Source: a virus
Taxonomy: Duplodnaviria > Heunggongvirae > Uroviricota > Caudoviricetes
DNA: 20,713 bases
Strand: one strand, 5' to 3'
Virus record (IMG/VR): IMGVR_UViG_2703718869_000003
Location: 1 to 20,713 of that record
Under the pieces are notes generated by a model. It was not told where the DNA came from, did not search any database, and saw only the letters and a program-made list of their open reading frames with translations. Positions 1-8,172 of this stretch are shown piece after piece (the first letter of the stretch is position 1; every line of letters begins with the position of its first letter). The position numbers were made by a program, and so were the translations under genes.

Positions 1-28
1 CTGGTCGCTGGTCGCTGGTCGCTGGTCT
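1..28. repeat. Heptamer tandem repeat (CTGGTCG) x3 plus one imperfect copy, truncated by the window edge
   Basis: Seen directly: ctggtcg ctggtcg ctggtcg ctggtct at positions 1-28. Context (coding or not) is unknown because the window starts inside it. Confidence 0.6.
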
Positions 29-210
29 GGCAGCATAAAATCATCCTTTTATGAAAATCAACGTTTTTTGAGCACTCGCACACAAAAAATTACCGCATTG
101 GTTGCAACGACAACCTGCATTTTGCGGAGCATATGACAAATAAAGTACGGGTGCGTTGAGGATGCCAGACACATCAGAGGTGGCGGGAGATTACTCCCCT
201 GCCTGGTCTC

Positions 211-366
211 TTACTTCTCAGATTCGTAGTCTACGAAGACAGCGACCTCCGTCTGGCCGGTTCGGATTCGTACCTCGCAGAAGTCTTTCCTCGTTACCAG
301 TGCTATCACTACGACGGTAATACAGATGACGATCAGGGCGATTAACATCGCCTTTTGCTGCTTCAT
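211..366 (-). CDS. hok: Hok/Gef-family small membrane toxin (type I toxin-antitoxin toxin), 51 aa
   Basis: Not in the ORF track (below its size cutoff). My translation of the minus strand gives MKQQKAMLIALIVICITVVVIALVTRKDFCEVRIRTGQTEVAVFVDYESEK. It has a hydrophobic N-terminal helix and the conserved RKDxCE...Y-E motif, and closely resembles HokD/RelF as I recall it. A GGAG ribosome-binding site lies about 9 nt upstream. Confidence 0.8.
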   Translation of the reverse strand: MKQQKAMLIALIVICITVVVIALVTRKDFCEVRIRTGQTEVAVFVDYESEK

Positions 367-565
367 AGCCTACTTCTCCTTGCCTTTCGGCACGTAAGAG
401 GCTAACCTAAGTTTGTAAGTCATAGATTTGGCCTCAGATTAATGTTAAGCGTCCTGCAAGACGCGTAATGTTAACTGGGGCTTTTCTCTGTCTGCCTTAC
501 GGCTGCATGCCCGAGGCAGACAGCCTCAAGCACCCGCAGCTATTCTACAGTAAAAACTCGCGCTT

Positions 566-991
566 TCAATTTCCCGCACGTCCGGCAAACTGACTGGCCT
601 GTGATCCTGATGGTTCACGCTCAACGTACCTGTCCATTTCCAGCTTTACTCCCTGCATGATCAACATCCCCTCAATAACACCTTCTGCTTTTTGCAGTAC
701 CCGCCCGGCCCAGCAATCAGAGCGCCCATGCTTACGGCCCAGTGACATAAGCGTCATCCCGAACACATAATAATCATACAGAAAATCATGCAAATCGCTG
801 TTGTTGACGTTCAGTTGCGCCATGCAATTGCTGATAATCAGCGCATCGTCATCGGTACACTGAGGCCGTGATTTAACCTTTGACGGGATCAGCCCCTTAA
901 ATCCGGCGGCAATGGGCGACCAGCTCACATCCTCATGATTATTGGCCACCCATGCGCCCCAGCGTTCAAGCACCTGCTGAATATCACGCAT
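566..991 (-). CDS. Q: Late-gene antiterminator Q (phage 82 / DLP12 QuuD type)
   Basis: From the internal Met, [45 protein letters not shown]... is nearly colinear with E. coli QuuD as I recall it. Position after ninG-ninH is canonical. The start is placed at the internal ATG (991) rather than the ORF-track start (1075), which would overlap ninH for about 90 nt. Confidence 0.85.
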   Translation of the reverse strand: MRDIQQVLERWGAWVANNHEDVSWSPIAAGFKGLIPSKVKSRPQCTDDDALIISNCMAQLNVNNSDLHDFLYDYYVFGMTLMSLGRKHGRSDCWAGRVLQKAEGVIEGMLIMQGVKLEMDRYVEREPSGSQASQFAGRAGN

Positions 992-1184
992 CAGAGTCTT
1001 TACCCTTATCCCATCCACGATGGACCATAAGGACACCGTTGACGACGGCGTGCCGTTTGCCTTCTTTATCGCCAATATATTTTCTGACCGTGTTGCGACT
1101 ACAGTTCAGTATTCTGGCTACCTCGGTCTGATTTTCATATGCCTCAACGAGCATGTCAGGAATGGTTTTTACTGTGAACGTCAT
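984..1184 (-). CDS. ninH: NinH-like protein
   Basis: [58 protein letters not shown] matches lambda NinH almost residue for residue from memory. It overlaps ninG by 4 nt and the Q start by 8 nt. Confidence 0.85.
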   Translation of the reverse strand: MTFTVKTIPDMLVEAYENQTEVARILNCSRNTVRKYIGDKEGKRHAVVNGVLMVHRGWDKGKDSDA

Positions 1185-1750
1185 GCGGCCTCACTTCTGC
1201 TGTTTCGCAGGTCTTTAAGTTTCTGCTGATACTTCGCCTTGATCGCCCTGCATTCTTCGACAGTCCAGCGATGGCGGTTATGGTTCGATTCGATTTCGTC
1301 TACTGCTTCCTGCCCGATGCGGTTAATCAGTTCGACGCGATACGGAACGAGATTTCCGCTTTTGTACTGGTTACACACCACGCATTGCTTATGGATATTG
1401 CGTTCATCAAATCTGAGCTGAGGTGCCGCAGCTGTTGTACGGTAATGGCCTGCATCCCACTGGGCTGAATCGAACGTCCCGCATGAAACACACGGCAAAT
1501 GACGGTCCCGCTCCCTGATATAAGCATTCACAGCCTGTTGTGCCTGCTTAATCCAGTAACTGCGGGGCTGTAAGTCCCTCCTGCGCGCTTTCAGCTTGTC
1601 TGCCTGCTCTTTTGCTGAAGCTATCGCCTTTTCTTTTCTGACCAGTTCCAGTGCGCACTGACCACAGCAAACTTTCTGATATGAGCGGAACGGCACAAAC
1701 GAGGAGCCGCACACTTTGCATTTTTTTGGTTTACGTTGCTTCATCATCAC
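1181..1750 (-). CDS. ninG: NinG/Rap-like recombination-promoting nuclease (structure-specific endonuclease)
   Basis: 189 aa with Cys clusters; the segment [30 protein letters not shown]...[65 protein letters not shown] matches lambda NinG as I recall it. Confidence 0.9.
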   Translation of the reverse strand: MMMKQRKPKKCKVCGSSFVPFRSYQKVCCGQCALELVRKEKAIASAKEQADKLKARRRDLQPRSYWIKQAQQAVNAYIRERDRHLPCVSCGTFDSAQWDAGHYRTTAAAPQLRFDERNIHKQCVVCNQYKSGNLVPYRVELINRIGQEAVDEIESNHNRHRWTVEECRAIKAKYQQKLKDLRNSRSEAA

Positions 1751-1751
1751 C

Positions 1752-2201
1752 TCAGAAAAACGACAGCAGGCGGTTATTCAGTTCAGGATTGTTTGAGCGC
1801 CCGAACACATGTTTTAACGCGGCATTAATCATTGCGTTGTAGCAACGTTCAAACTCATCCTGATCCATATTCGCGTAACTCAGGCTTTTTGCCCGATATC
1901 TCACCTCGCCTCTTATGGTTGTGACCACATCATAGAACCCGGCAAGAATTGTCAGATTTTTACGAAACTCATCAAACTGCGTCGCTTCATCAGAGAATTC
2001 GTATCCAGCATGTTCAGCGCACCAGTACTGAAAGCAGAAATTAAGAAAAGCGAACATCTTCCGGTGAAAAGATGGGTTACGGGTAAGTTTTGCTTCCAGT
2101 GTATACAGCTCACCGTTTTTAAATTTTGCCAGTCGGGGTAAATCGCGCTCATACGCCGGTACAAATACGCCATTAGCCGCCTTGATCATCTCTATTTCCA
2201 T
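1752..2201 (-). CDS. Phage protein, DUF1367-like (assignment from memory), function unknown
   Basis: 149-aa ORF coupled to its neighbours (1-nt gaps or overlaps) in the nin-region position. The family assignment is recollection only. Confidence 0.7.
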   Translation of the reverse strand: MEIEMIKAANGVFVPAYERDLPRLAKFKNGELYTLEAKLTRNPSFHRKMFAFLNFCFQYWCAEHAGYEFSDEATQFDEFRKNLTILAGFYDVVTTIRGEVRYRAKSLSYANMDQDEFERCYNAMINAALKHVFGRSNNPELNNRLLSFF

Positions 2202-3172
2202 CAGGCAGCCTCCGCTTTGAATTTGCGCGTCAACACATGTTCACGGGCTTCACACCCCTGAATGAGCATGTCGTTAAAATCCGGCAAGTCAGGCCAGCGA
2301 ATGCTGACCTTCTCAACGTCATTACGACTCATGAGATTCTTATGCCCACATTTAAAGGCAGCCGCCAGACCTGCGCCGTGCTCATCATTGTCTGCAAAGA
2401 TAATCAGGTGATTAACGCCTGGTGGCGCAATAAACTTCTCCATAAAACCGGAGTTCATTGTTGACCACACATTGCAGCGGAAGATTTGACGGCATGAAAG
2501 CGCAGTTTCGATACCCTCGGCTATCCCCAGAGTGGACGACACCGGATACAGGCGTATTGCCACCGATTTGGCATGCTGCAAACCAGGCAACTCCTGTAGC
2601 GCGGTCATTTTTTTAGCCGCCTCTACATTCGCCTTGCGATCACCATCCAGCAACGTACGATGCAGATAGCAAAGAGAACCTCTGTCATCTGTTGCAATGG
2701 CGTAAATTGCCTGATATTCGCGCCCGCTGGCGATCTGACGGTCACAAAAACGCACGGATTCGGTCGGTAACTGGAGTATTCCCCTCCCCTGCAGGTACGC
2801 CTCACCTGTTGTGCCCCGCAGACACGGGAGTCCGGCAAACTTATCCATGACCAGCTCCCGCTTTCTGCTTATCTCTGTTACAGGCTGGCTGACTTTCTCC
2901 CTCTTCCAGGTATTTCCGATCAGCCGATCGATTTCATCACACAACGTCACCCAGGGCTTACCCGTGGCAAGTTGCAACAACTTCATCCCGTCCCCGTGAC
3001 CACAGACACAAATCCATGAACCGGAACAATCCTTATCATCACAGCGAAATTTACCTCTGGCACCACATATCGGGCAGGGGCCGCTATAATGTTTCAAGCC
3101 AGTAACAGGAGGCATGCCGTAATATTCAAAAATTCGCCCCCAATGCCCGGCCGCTGCCTTCTTAGTCTGCAT
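2201..3172 (-). CDS. DNA primase-like protein: N-terminal Cys-rich zinc ribbon plus Toprim domain
   Basis: Cys cluster CPICGARGKFRCDDKDCSGSWICVCGHGDG. Toprim-like acidic motifs IAEGIETALS and IIFADNDEHGAG. Overlaps the helicase gene by 11 nt. Confidence 0.8.
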   Translation of the reverse strand: MQTKKAAAGHWGRIFEYYGMPPVTGLKHYSGPCPICGARGKFRCDDKDCSGSWICVCGHGDGMKLLQLATGKPWVTLCDEIDRLIGNTWKREKVSQPVTEISRKRELVMDKFAGLPCLRGTTGEAYLQGRGILQLPTESVRFCDRQIASGREYQAIYAIATDDRGSLCYLHRTLLDGDRKANVEAAKKMTALQELPGLQHAKSVAIRLYPVSSTLGIAEGIETALSCRQIFRCNVWSTMNSGFMEKFIAPPGVNHLIIFADNDEHGAGLAAAFKCGHKNLMSRNDVEKVSIRWPDLPDFNDMLIQGCEAREHVLTRKFKAEAA

Positions 3173-4682
3173 GCTGGCCTCCTGTCATGGCTTTCTTGCG
3201 CCCTTTGGCATAGGCAATGGTCTTTGACTTGATGAAGTTGTACACTTCAACTGAGGTTTGCAGCGGCGCATTACTGAAGCCTTTAGGCCACACACCGAAC
3301 TTCTCCTTGTAGGTATGAGCGCACCATCCGTCACTCAGGGGTTTACCCGTCGCGTTGCGGTAATTCTGATAACCCTTGATCTCACTCCACCAACGCTGTT
3401 TTTCCTCACGGGTGTATTCGCGTTTCCCTTTGTTGACGCGTGAAAGCTTACGATCGCGATCTGTCGCCACGTCATCACCACCAAGTGGGCGAAATCCACA
3501 TTTGGGACACATGTGTACACCAGCAGGCTTCATGAAGTGGCATTTGGGGCATTCTCTGGGAAGTTTTTCAGCTTTAACCTCGCCACCGCCAGCAGACGCT
3601 TTCATTCCGTCATTTTTTCCCGGAAGTTCGTCATACTCGATATCCTCGGGGAAGCCCAGCCGATGAACCGTACCGGAATGGTCGAAAATCAATGCGCGTT
3701 TTTTACCAGACGCAGTACGTAACGCTCTCCCGATGCACTGCAACCAGCGGATTTCTGATTTGGTCGGACGGGCGTAGATCAGGCAGCGAACATCGCTGTC
3801 AAATCCCGCAACCAGTACGCCGACGTTGACAATTATTTTGGTCGCACCATCTTCAAAACGGCGAATGATATCCTGCCGTTCATCATGGGGGGTATCTGCC
3901 GTCATCACCTCTGCGCCAATGCCAGACTGTAAAAACTCACGGGTAACAAAGTTCGCATGAGCCACGTTCACGCAGAAGCAGATCGTCGGTAAATCCTCGC
4001 CATTCTCAAGCCAGTTGCTAACGATATCGCCAACCAGATCCGAACTCCCCATGATGGATGCGAGCTGTTCCTCGTTGTAATCCCGTCCAAATACGGTGTT
4101 ACTGGTTTTTACGCCAGTCAGATCAGGCATTGAGGGGGCAAAAAACTCGTAATCGCTCAGATCACCACGCTGAATAAGTTCACGAATCGTTGTAGGCTTG
4201 ATCAGGCATTCGTAGTACTTCCCCATCCAGGCTGCGAATGGGGTGCCGGAAAGTCCAAGAACCCTGATGTCTCTGTCCCGGATAACCTCAAGTAACGCAC
4301 GACGCTTCATGTGTGCTTCATCGATGATCAGCAGATCGATGTTGTCAGGAAACTCACGACGGATCAGCGTGTCGGCACTGGCAATCTGAATCAGTCGTGA
4401 CGGGTCATAGTTAGGGTGATCACGCCATACAAAACTGATTTCTTCCCACGGTAAACCGTATTCGGTGAAACGTTCCGCTGTCTGGTTCAGCAGGATGGTG
4501 TACGGACAGACAAACATCACCCGCATACCACGTTCAACCATTCCGGCGGTGACGAATGCTGCAAGACCAGTTTTGCCAGAGCCAGTGGGTGCGTACATCA
4601 AGTACGTGCGATGCTGTTTCCACTGGTGCCGCAGCTGGTTTAAACCGCGCTCCTGAGCAAAGTTTGGGATTATTTTCAGCAT
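3162..4682 (-). CDS. Superfamily-2 (DEAH-type) replicative helicase with C-terminal Cys4 zinc finger
   Basis: Walker A APTGSGKT, motif II LLIIDEAH, and CPKCHF...CPKCGF Cys4 pair. 506 aa. Sits in the position of lambda O/P. Confidence 0.9.
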   Translation of the reverse strand: MLKIIPNFAQERGLNQLRHQWKQHRTYLMYAPTGSGKTGLAAFVTAGMVERGMRVMFVCPYTILLNQTAERFTEYGLPWEEISFVWRDHPNYDPSRLIQIASADTLIRREFPDNIDLLIIDEAHMKRRALLEVIRDRDIRVLGLSGTPFAAWMGKYYECLIKPTTIRELIQRGDLSDYEFFAPSMPDLTGVKTSNTVFGRDYNEEQLASIMGSSDLVGDIVSNWLENGEDLPTICFCVNVAHANFVTREFLQSGIGAEVMTADTPHDERQDIIRRFEDGATKIIVNVGVLVAGFDSDVRCLIYARPTKSEIRWLQCIGRALRTASGKKRALIFDHSGTVHRLGFPEDIEYDELPGKNDGMKASAGGGEVKAEKLPRECPKCHFMKPAGVHMCPKCGFRPLGGDDVATDRDRKLSRVNKGKREYTREEKQRWWSEIKGYQNYRNATGKPLSDGWCAHTYKEKFGVWPKGFSNAPLQTSVEVYNFIKSKTIAYAKGRKKAMTGGQHAD

Positions 4683-5062
4683 GACGCCCCCTTGCTACGT
4701 GATTTACCCGTTGCCGGGATCACGTCGATCTCATCGCTAACGTATTGATCCGGATTACGTGAACAGCGCAGAAGCACGATACCAGGAATGCCGTATAGCT
4801 TGAGTCTGCGCAGTTTCAGTATTGAACGTGCCCGTGGTGACGCTCTGTCCACCTCGATCGCGCACCGTTCACCAGATGGGGCAACGACCATGATATCGAC
4901 GAATCCGCGCTTACCGTTGCCCATATCAACCAGATAATTACGTTCGATCGCCAGTCCGGCATCACGCAATTTGGCAGCCAGCACATAATCAAACGTGACC
5001 TTGTCTTTTCCGGTGTAGAATTTGTTTCCGAGCAGGCTGATAACCACATGTTTGATGAACAT
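4676..5062 (-). CDS. Hypothetical protein, first gene of the replication cluster; possible PD-(D/E)xK-like fold (speculative)
   Basis: 128-aa ORF overlapping the helicase start by 7 nt. The segment GFVDIMVV...CAIEVDR loosely resembles a nuclease-like beta-strand motif; this is weak. Confidence 0.6.
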   Translation of the reverse strand: MFIKHVVISLLGNKFYTGKDKVTFDYVLAAKLRDAGLAIERNYLVDMGNGKRGFVDIMVVAPSGERCAIEVDRASPRARSILKLRRLKLYGIPGIVLLRCSRNPDQYVSDEIDVIPATGKSRSKGASC

Positions 5063-5283
5063 GGTACTATTTCCACTGTGATAGTTAGCACAATAATAAT
5101 TTCGCCAGAAACTATCGCGCCCTATACAGTGATCTACCTAACCTATGGAGCTGCCTTCCTCTGGTAGTGCCCTTACGGGCACGGATGTTACAGATCTGCC
5201 CCCTTGCCCCCTTCTTAGTAAAATTTCAAGCCAAATAATTTCACATGAAATTATTTCACAAAAAATAATCACCTTGATGAGGT

Positions 5284-5565
5284 CTATTCCTTCCGTATCG
5301 CTACTGGCGAAAGCATCCAGCCACGGCTGGCTCTCGCGTACTTCTGGACATACACCCGTAACCGGGTGTTGGCGCTCCGTCTTGCCCTGTTGCCCTTCCT
5401 GAACGATACAGGCTCCTTGTCCCACTCTTCCTGGTACACTCTCGCGTACTCTGCTGCAATTTTTACCCGGGTGGTCGGGTCTAGCTGTAACAATTGCTCC
5501 TGTATCCAGTCCCGATCAGCATCACAGTACTGCTCGGGCATAACCATTTTGATTTGCCTGTTCAC
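5284..5565 (-). CDS. Hypothetical protein in the cII position, basic C-terminus
   Basis: 93-aa ORF with a GTG start preceded by GGAGG at 5-nt spacing, 30 bp downstream of the cro stop. No sequence similarity to lambda CII that I can recognise. Confidence 0.6.
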   Translation of the reverse strand: MNRQIKMVMPEQYCDADRDWIQEQLLQLDPTTRVKIAAEYARVYQEEWDKEPVSFRKGNRARRSANTRLRVYVQKYARASRGWMLSPVAIRKE

Positions 5566-5595
5566 TCACACCTCCGATGGGCTGTGTGTCCAGGA

Positions 5596-5798
5596 TTAAT
5601 CATCGCCTCTTACGAACGCAGGGAACGGTCGAACCTCTTCCGCCTCAACTCTGCCGTCATCAAAGGTTTTGACGTAAATTTCACGTCCGACAAGAAGCGC
5701 TTTACTGATCGCGCTCTGCGCCACACCAAAGTCCTTAGCGGCTTTCTTCTGACCGAACCTGTATACGTAATCAGCCAGGGTCTCTTTTTTCATCGCCA
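5596..5798 (-). CDS. cro: Cro repressor
   Basis: From the Met at 5798, [60 protein letters not shown] parallels lambda Cro (…[35 protein letters not shown]…AEEVKPFP). GAAGGAG ribosome-binding site 7 nt upstream. Divergent from cI. Confidence 0.9.
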
Positions 5799-5821
5799 TA
5801 ACTGACTCCTTCAAAATGCCC

Positions 5822-5894
5822 ATATCATTACGCACAGTTATTAAAATGTCAACACCGCAGATATTTCATTACATATAACCAAAGGTGATATGGT
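5822..5894. promoter_or_regulatory. oR-like operator/promoter region: three candidate operators, leftward pR for cro (-35 TTGACA on the minus strand at 5847-5852), rightward pRM for cI
   Basis: 75-bp divergent intergenic region. Sites at about 5822-5838 (ATATCATTACGCACAGT), 5848-5864 (TCAACACCGCAGATATT) and 5874-5890 (ATAACCAAAGGTGATAT) carry lambda-like half-sites (CACCGC / GGTGATA) at roughly 26-bp spacing. The cI ATG lies at the edge, consistent with a leaderless transcript. Confidence 0.55.
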
Positions 5895-6608
5895 ATGAAC
5901 ATGAAAAAGAAACCGTTAACCCCTGAGCAACTGGAAGACGCCAAGCGTCTGAAAAGTATTTTTAACGCTAAAAAGAAAGAGTTAGGCCTGTCGCAGGAAT
6001 CATTAGCCTATGAATTAGGTGTTACCCAAAGCGCTGTTAATCAGCTAATGGCTGGCATCAACGCCATAAATGCCAGCCACGCAGCACAGCTTGCTAAGAT
6101 ACTGAATGTAAAGGTCGGAGATTTCAGTCCCAGCCTGGCAAAATCTATTGCAGAAATGGCGCTCGCAATTGAAGAGCCATTAACTCGTGTCCCCGCTTAC
6201 GAATATCCGTTACTCTCCTGCGTACAAGCTGGCGCATTCTCAATGGATGATATTTCGTACACCGCAAAAGATGCGATTAAATGGATCTCCACCACCACAA
6301 AAGCCAGTGACAGGTCGTTCTGGCTGGAGGTCAAGGGGCATTCAATGACCGCACCGCAGGGTGGTAAACCCAGCTTCCCTGAAGGTATGCTGATACTCGT
6401 TGACCCTGAACGGGAAATCGAGGATGGCGATTTTTGCGTGGCCCGAATGAACGGCGATGAATTTACCTTCAAACGATTCATTCGTGAGAGCGGTAAAGCG
6501 TACCTGGAGCCGCTCAACCCACGATTCGACATGATTGAGTGTAACGAAAACTGCCAGTTTGTCGGAAAGGTCATCAAATCGCAGTGGAATGATGAGACTT
6601 TTGATTGA
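5895..6608 (+). CDS. cI: CI repressor (lambda cI-like; HTH N-domain plus S24 LexA-like autopeptidase C-domain)
   Basis: Starts [38 protein letters not shown]. Ala-Gly cleavage context VQAGAFS. C-domain [32 protein letters not shown]...[11 protein letters not shown] is close to lambda cI. Confidence 0.95.
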   Translation: MNMKKKPLTPEQLEDAKRLKSIFNAKKKELGLSQESLAYELGVTQSAVNQLMAGINAINASHAAQLAKILNVKVGDFSPSLAKSIAEMALAIEEPLTRVPAYEYPLLSCVQAGAFSMDDISYTAKDAIKWISTTTKASDRSFWLEVKGHSMTAPQGGKPSFPEGMLILVDPEREIEDGDFCVARMNGDEFTFKRFIRESGKAYLEPLNPRFDMIECNENCQFVGKVIKSQWNDETFD

Positions 6609-6621
6609 GCTCACAGAGTGA

Positions 6622-6662
6622 TTTGACATCCTTCACGCCTGCAGAATGTGGAGGATGTCAAA
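6622..6662. promoter_or_regulatory. 10-bp perfect inverted repeat (TTTGACATCC ... GGATGTCAAA) flanking a 21-nt spacer that contains CTGCAG (6639-6644); embedded TTGACA hexamers
   Basis: Seen directly in the cI-methyltransferase intergenic region, 40-80 bp upstream of the methyltransferase ATG. A second imperfect hairpin lies at about 6664-6688. Confidence 0.5.
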
Positions 6663-6702
6663 AGCACGTTGGCATCATCATGCCACGTAAAGAGGATTAG
6701 TT

Positions 6703-8172
6703 ATGCTTCAAAAGCTAGACGTCGCAGACAGCGTGCGTCGCGAGCTGTCTCCCCGTACCGCGCGTAAACACAAAGCTGAGTTCGGCCAGTTCATGACGCC
6801 TTCTGGCGTGGCCCGTTTTATGGCCTCCTTGTTTCCACCGAGCACAATGAAAACTTGCCGTCTACTGGACGCAGGCGCTGGTGTAGGCGCACTGTCTTGC
6901 GCCTTCCTCGACCGTTGGCTGGTTGGCGAGTTTGGCTTTGAGTCTGTCGAGGCAACAGCCTACGAAATAGACAAAAAGCTGTGTGGTCACCTTGCGAAGC
7001 ACTTAACCGGGTACAGGAGAGTGACGCCCCGCATCATCGAAGGGGATTATATTGAGCTGGCAACCGCCGAAGGTCTACAGGATCGAGGTTATACCCATGC
7101 AATACTTAATCCGCCTTACAAGAAGATCAATAGCCAGTCAGCCCACCGGCAGGCTCTTCGCACTGTCGGTATCGAGACGGTAAATCTGTATTCCGCCTTT
7201 GTTGCACTGGCTGTAGGTGAGGTTGCACCTGGCGGGCAGATAGTGGCCATAATCCCACGTAGTTTCTGCAACGGACCGTATTACCGTCCGTTCCGTAATT
7301 TCATACTTGAGCGGGCAGCAATCCGCCATATTCATTTGTTCGAATCACGTAGCAAAGCTTTCAGGGATGACGATGTGTTGCAGGAAAATATTATCATCCG
7401 CCTGGAGCGTGGAGGCCTTCAGGAGGCTGTTACAGTCACAACTTCGACCGATGATAGCTTTTTTGACCTGGTCACCTACGAACACCCATTTGACCAAATT
7501 GTGTACCCGGACGATTCGGAGCGGTTTATTCATGTGCCGACCACGCACGAGAAAAGCGCCATTGAGTTATCATCCGCCGTACAATGTTCGCTGGCTGATA
7601 TTGGCGTGAAGGTATCGACCGGACCGATAGTTGATTTCCGACTGAAAGCTCATTTGCGCAGCATGCCCGAAGAAGGAACTGTTCCCCTGATCTACCCGAG
7701 CCATTTGAGTATGAGTAGCACTGTCTGGCCTGTGGAAGGTTTGAAGAAACCCAACGCAATCATGCGCAACGACGAGACAGAAAAGTGGCTTTACCCGAAC
7801 GGTTTTTATTGTGTGGTGCGTCGTTTCTCGTCGAAGGAGGAAAAGCGCCGAGTGGTAGCAAGCGTCGTTGATCCTGCTACCTTCAGTGAGTATTCAGTGT
7901 TGGGATTTGAAAATCACATGAACGTGTTTCATGAGAACAAACATGGGTTACCCGAGGCGCTGGCCCGTGGCTTGGCCGTGTTCCTGAACACTACCGCAGT
8001 GGATAAGTATTTCCGTCGATTCAACGGGCATACACAGGTCAATGCAACCGACCTCAAGATGATTAAGTACCCAAGCCGTGACACTCTGATAGAGCTTGGC
8101 AAGTGGGCTATGCAACAAGAAACTCTCACGCAAGAACATATTGACGCTAAGCTAGGAGCTCTGACTGCATGA
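6703..8172 (+). CDS. N6-adenine DNA methyltransferase (NPPY class); putative M subunit of a PstI/BsuBI-like type II restriction-modification system
   Basis: FxTP motif (FGQFMTPSGVARFM), AdoMet-binding LLDAGAGVGAL, catalytic NPPY (HAILNPPYKK). 489 aa, about the size I recall for M.PstI/M.BsuBI. AAGAGG ribosome-binding site. Confidence 0.85.
   Translation: MLQKLDVADSVRRELSPRTARKHKAEFGQFMTPSGVARFMASLFPPSTMKTCRLLDAGAGVGALSCAFLDRWLVGEFGFESVEATAYEIDKKLCGHLAKHLTGYRRVTPRIIEGDYIELATAEGLQDRGYTHAILNPPYKKINSQSAHRQALRTVGIETVNLYSAFVALAVGEVAPGGQIVAIIPRSFCNGPYYRPFRNFILERAAIRHIHLFESRSKAFRDDDVLQENIIIRLERGGLQEAVTVTTSTDDSFFDLVTYEHPFDQIVYPDDSERFIHVPTTHEKSAIELSSAVQCSLADIGVKVSTGPIVDFRLKAHLRSMPEEGTVPLIYPSHLSMSSTVWPVEGLKKPNAIMRNDETEKWLYPNGFYCVVRRFSSKEEKRRVVASVVDPATFSEYSVLGFENHMNVFHENKHGLPEALARGLAVFLNTTAVDKYFRRFNGHTQVNATDLKMIKYPSRDTLIELGKWAMQQETLTQEHIDAKLGALTA

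Noticed and set aside
488-523. Inverted repeat between Q and hok, considered as a Q-gene intrinsic terminator
   Set aside because: No U-run follows the stem on either strand. More likely part of the hok mRNA leader or a protein-binding site.
1-565. Expected lysis genes, tRNA genes or the pR'/qut late promoter downstream of Q
   Set aside because: No holin or endolysin-like ORF or tRNA cloverleaf could be recognised by eye in this 565-bp stretch. The late promoter may lie here but I could not identify it confidently.
566-1075. Longer 169-aa version of the Q ORF starting at 1075
   Set aside because: The extra 28 N-terminal codons overlap ninH out of frame for about 90 nt, and the homologue QuuD begins at the internal MRDIQ Met. 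The start at 991 is preferred.
6197-6629. Two minus-strand ORFs (126 aa and 95 aa) inside cI
   Set aside because: Antisense to a confidently identified cI gene.
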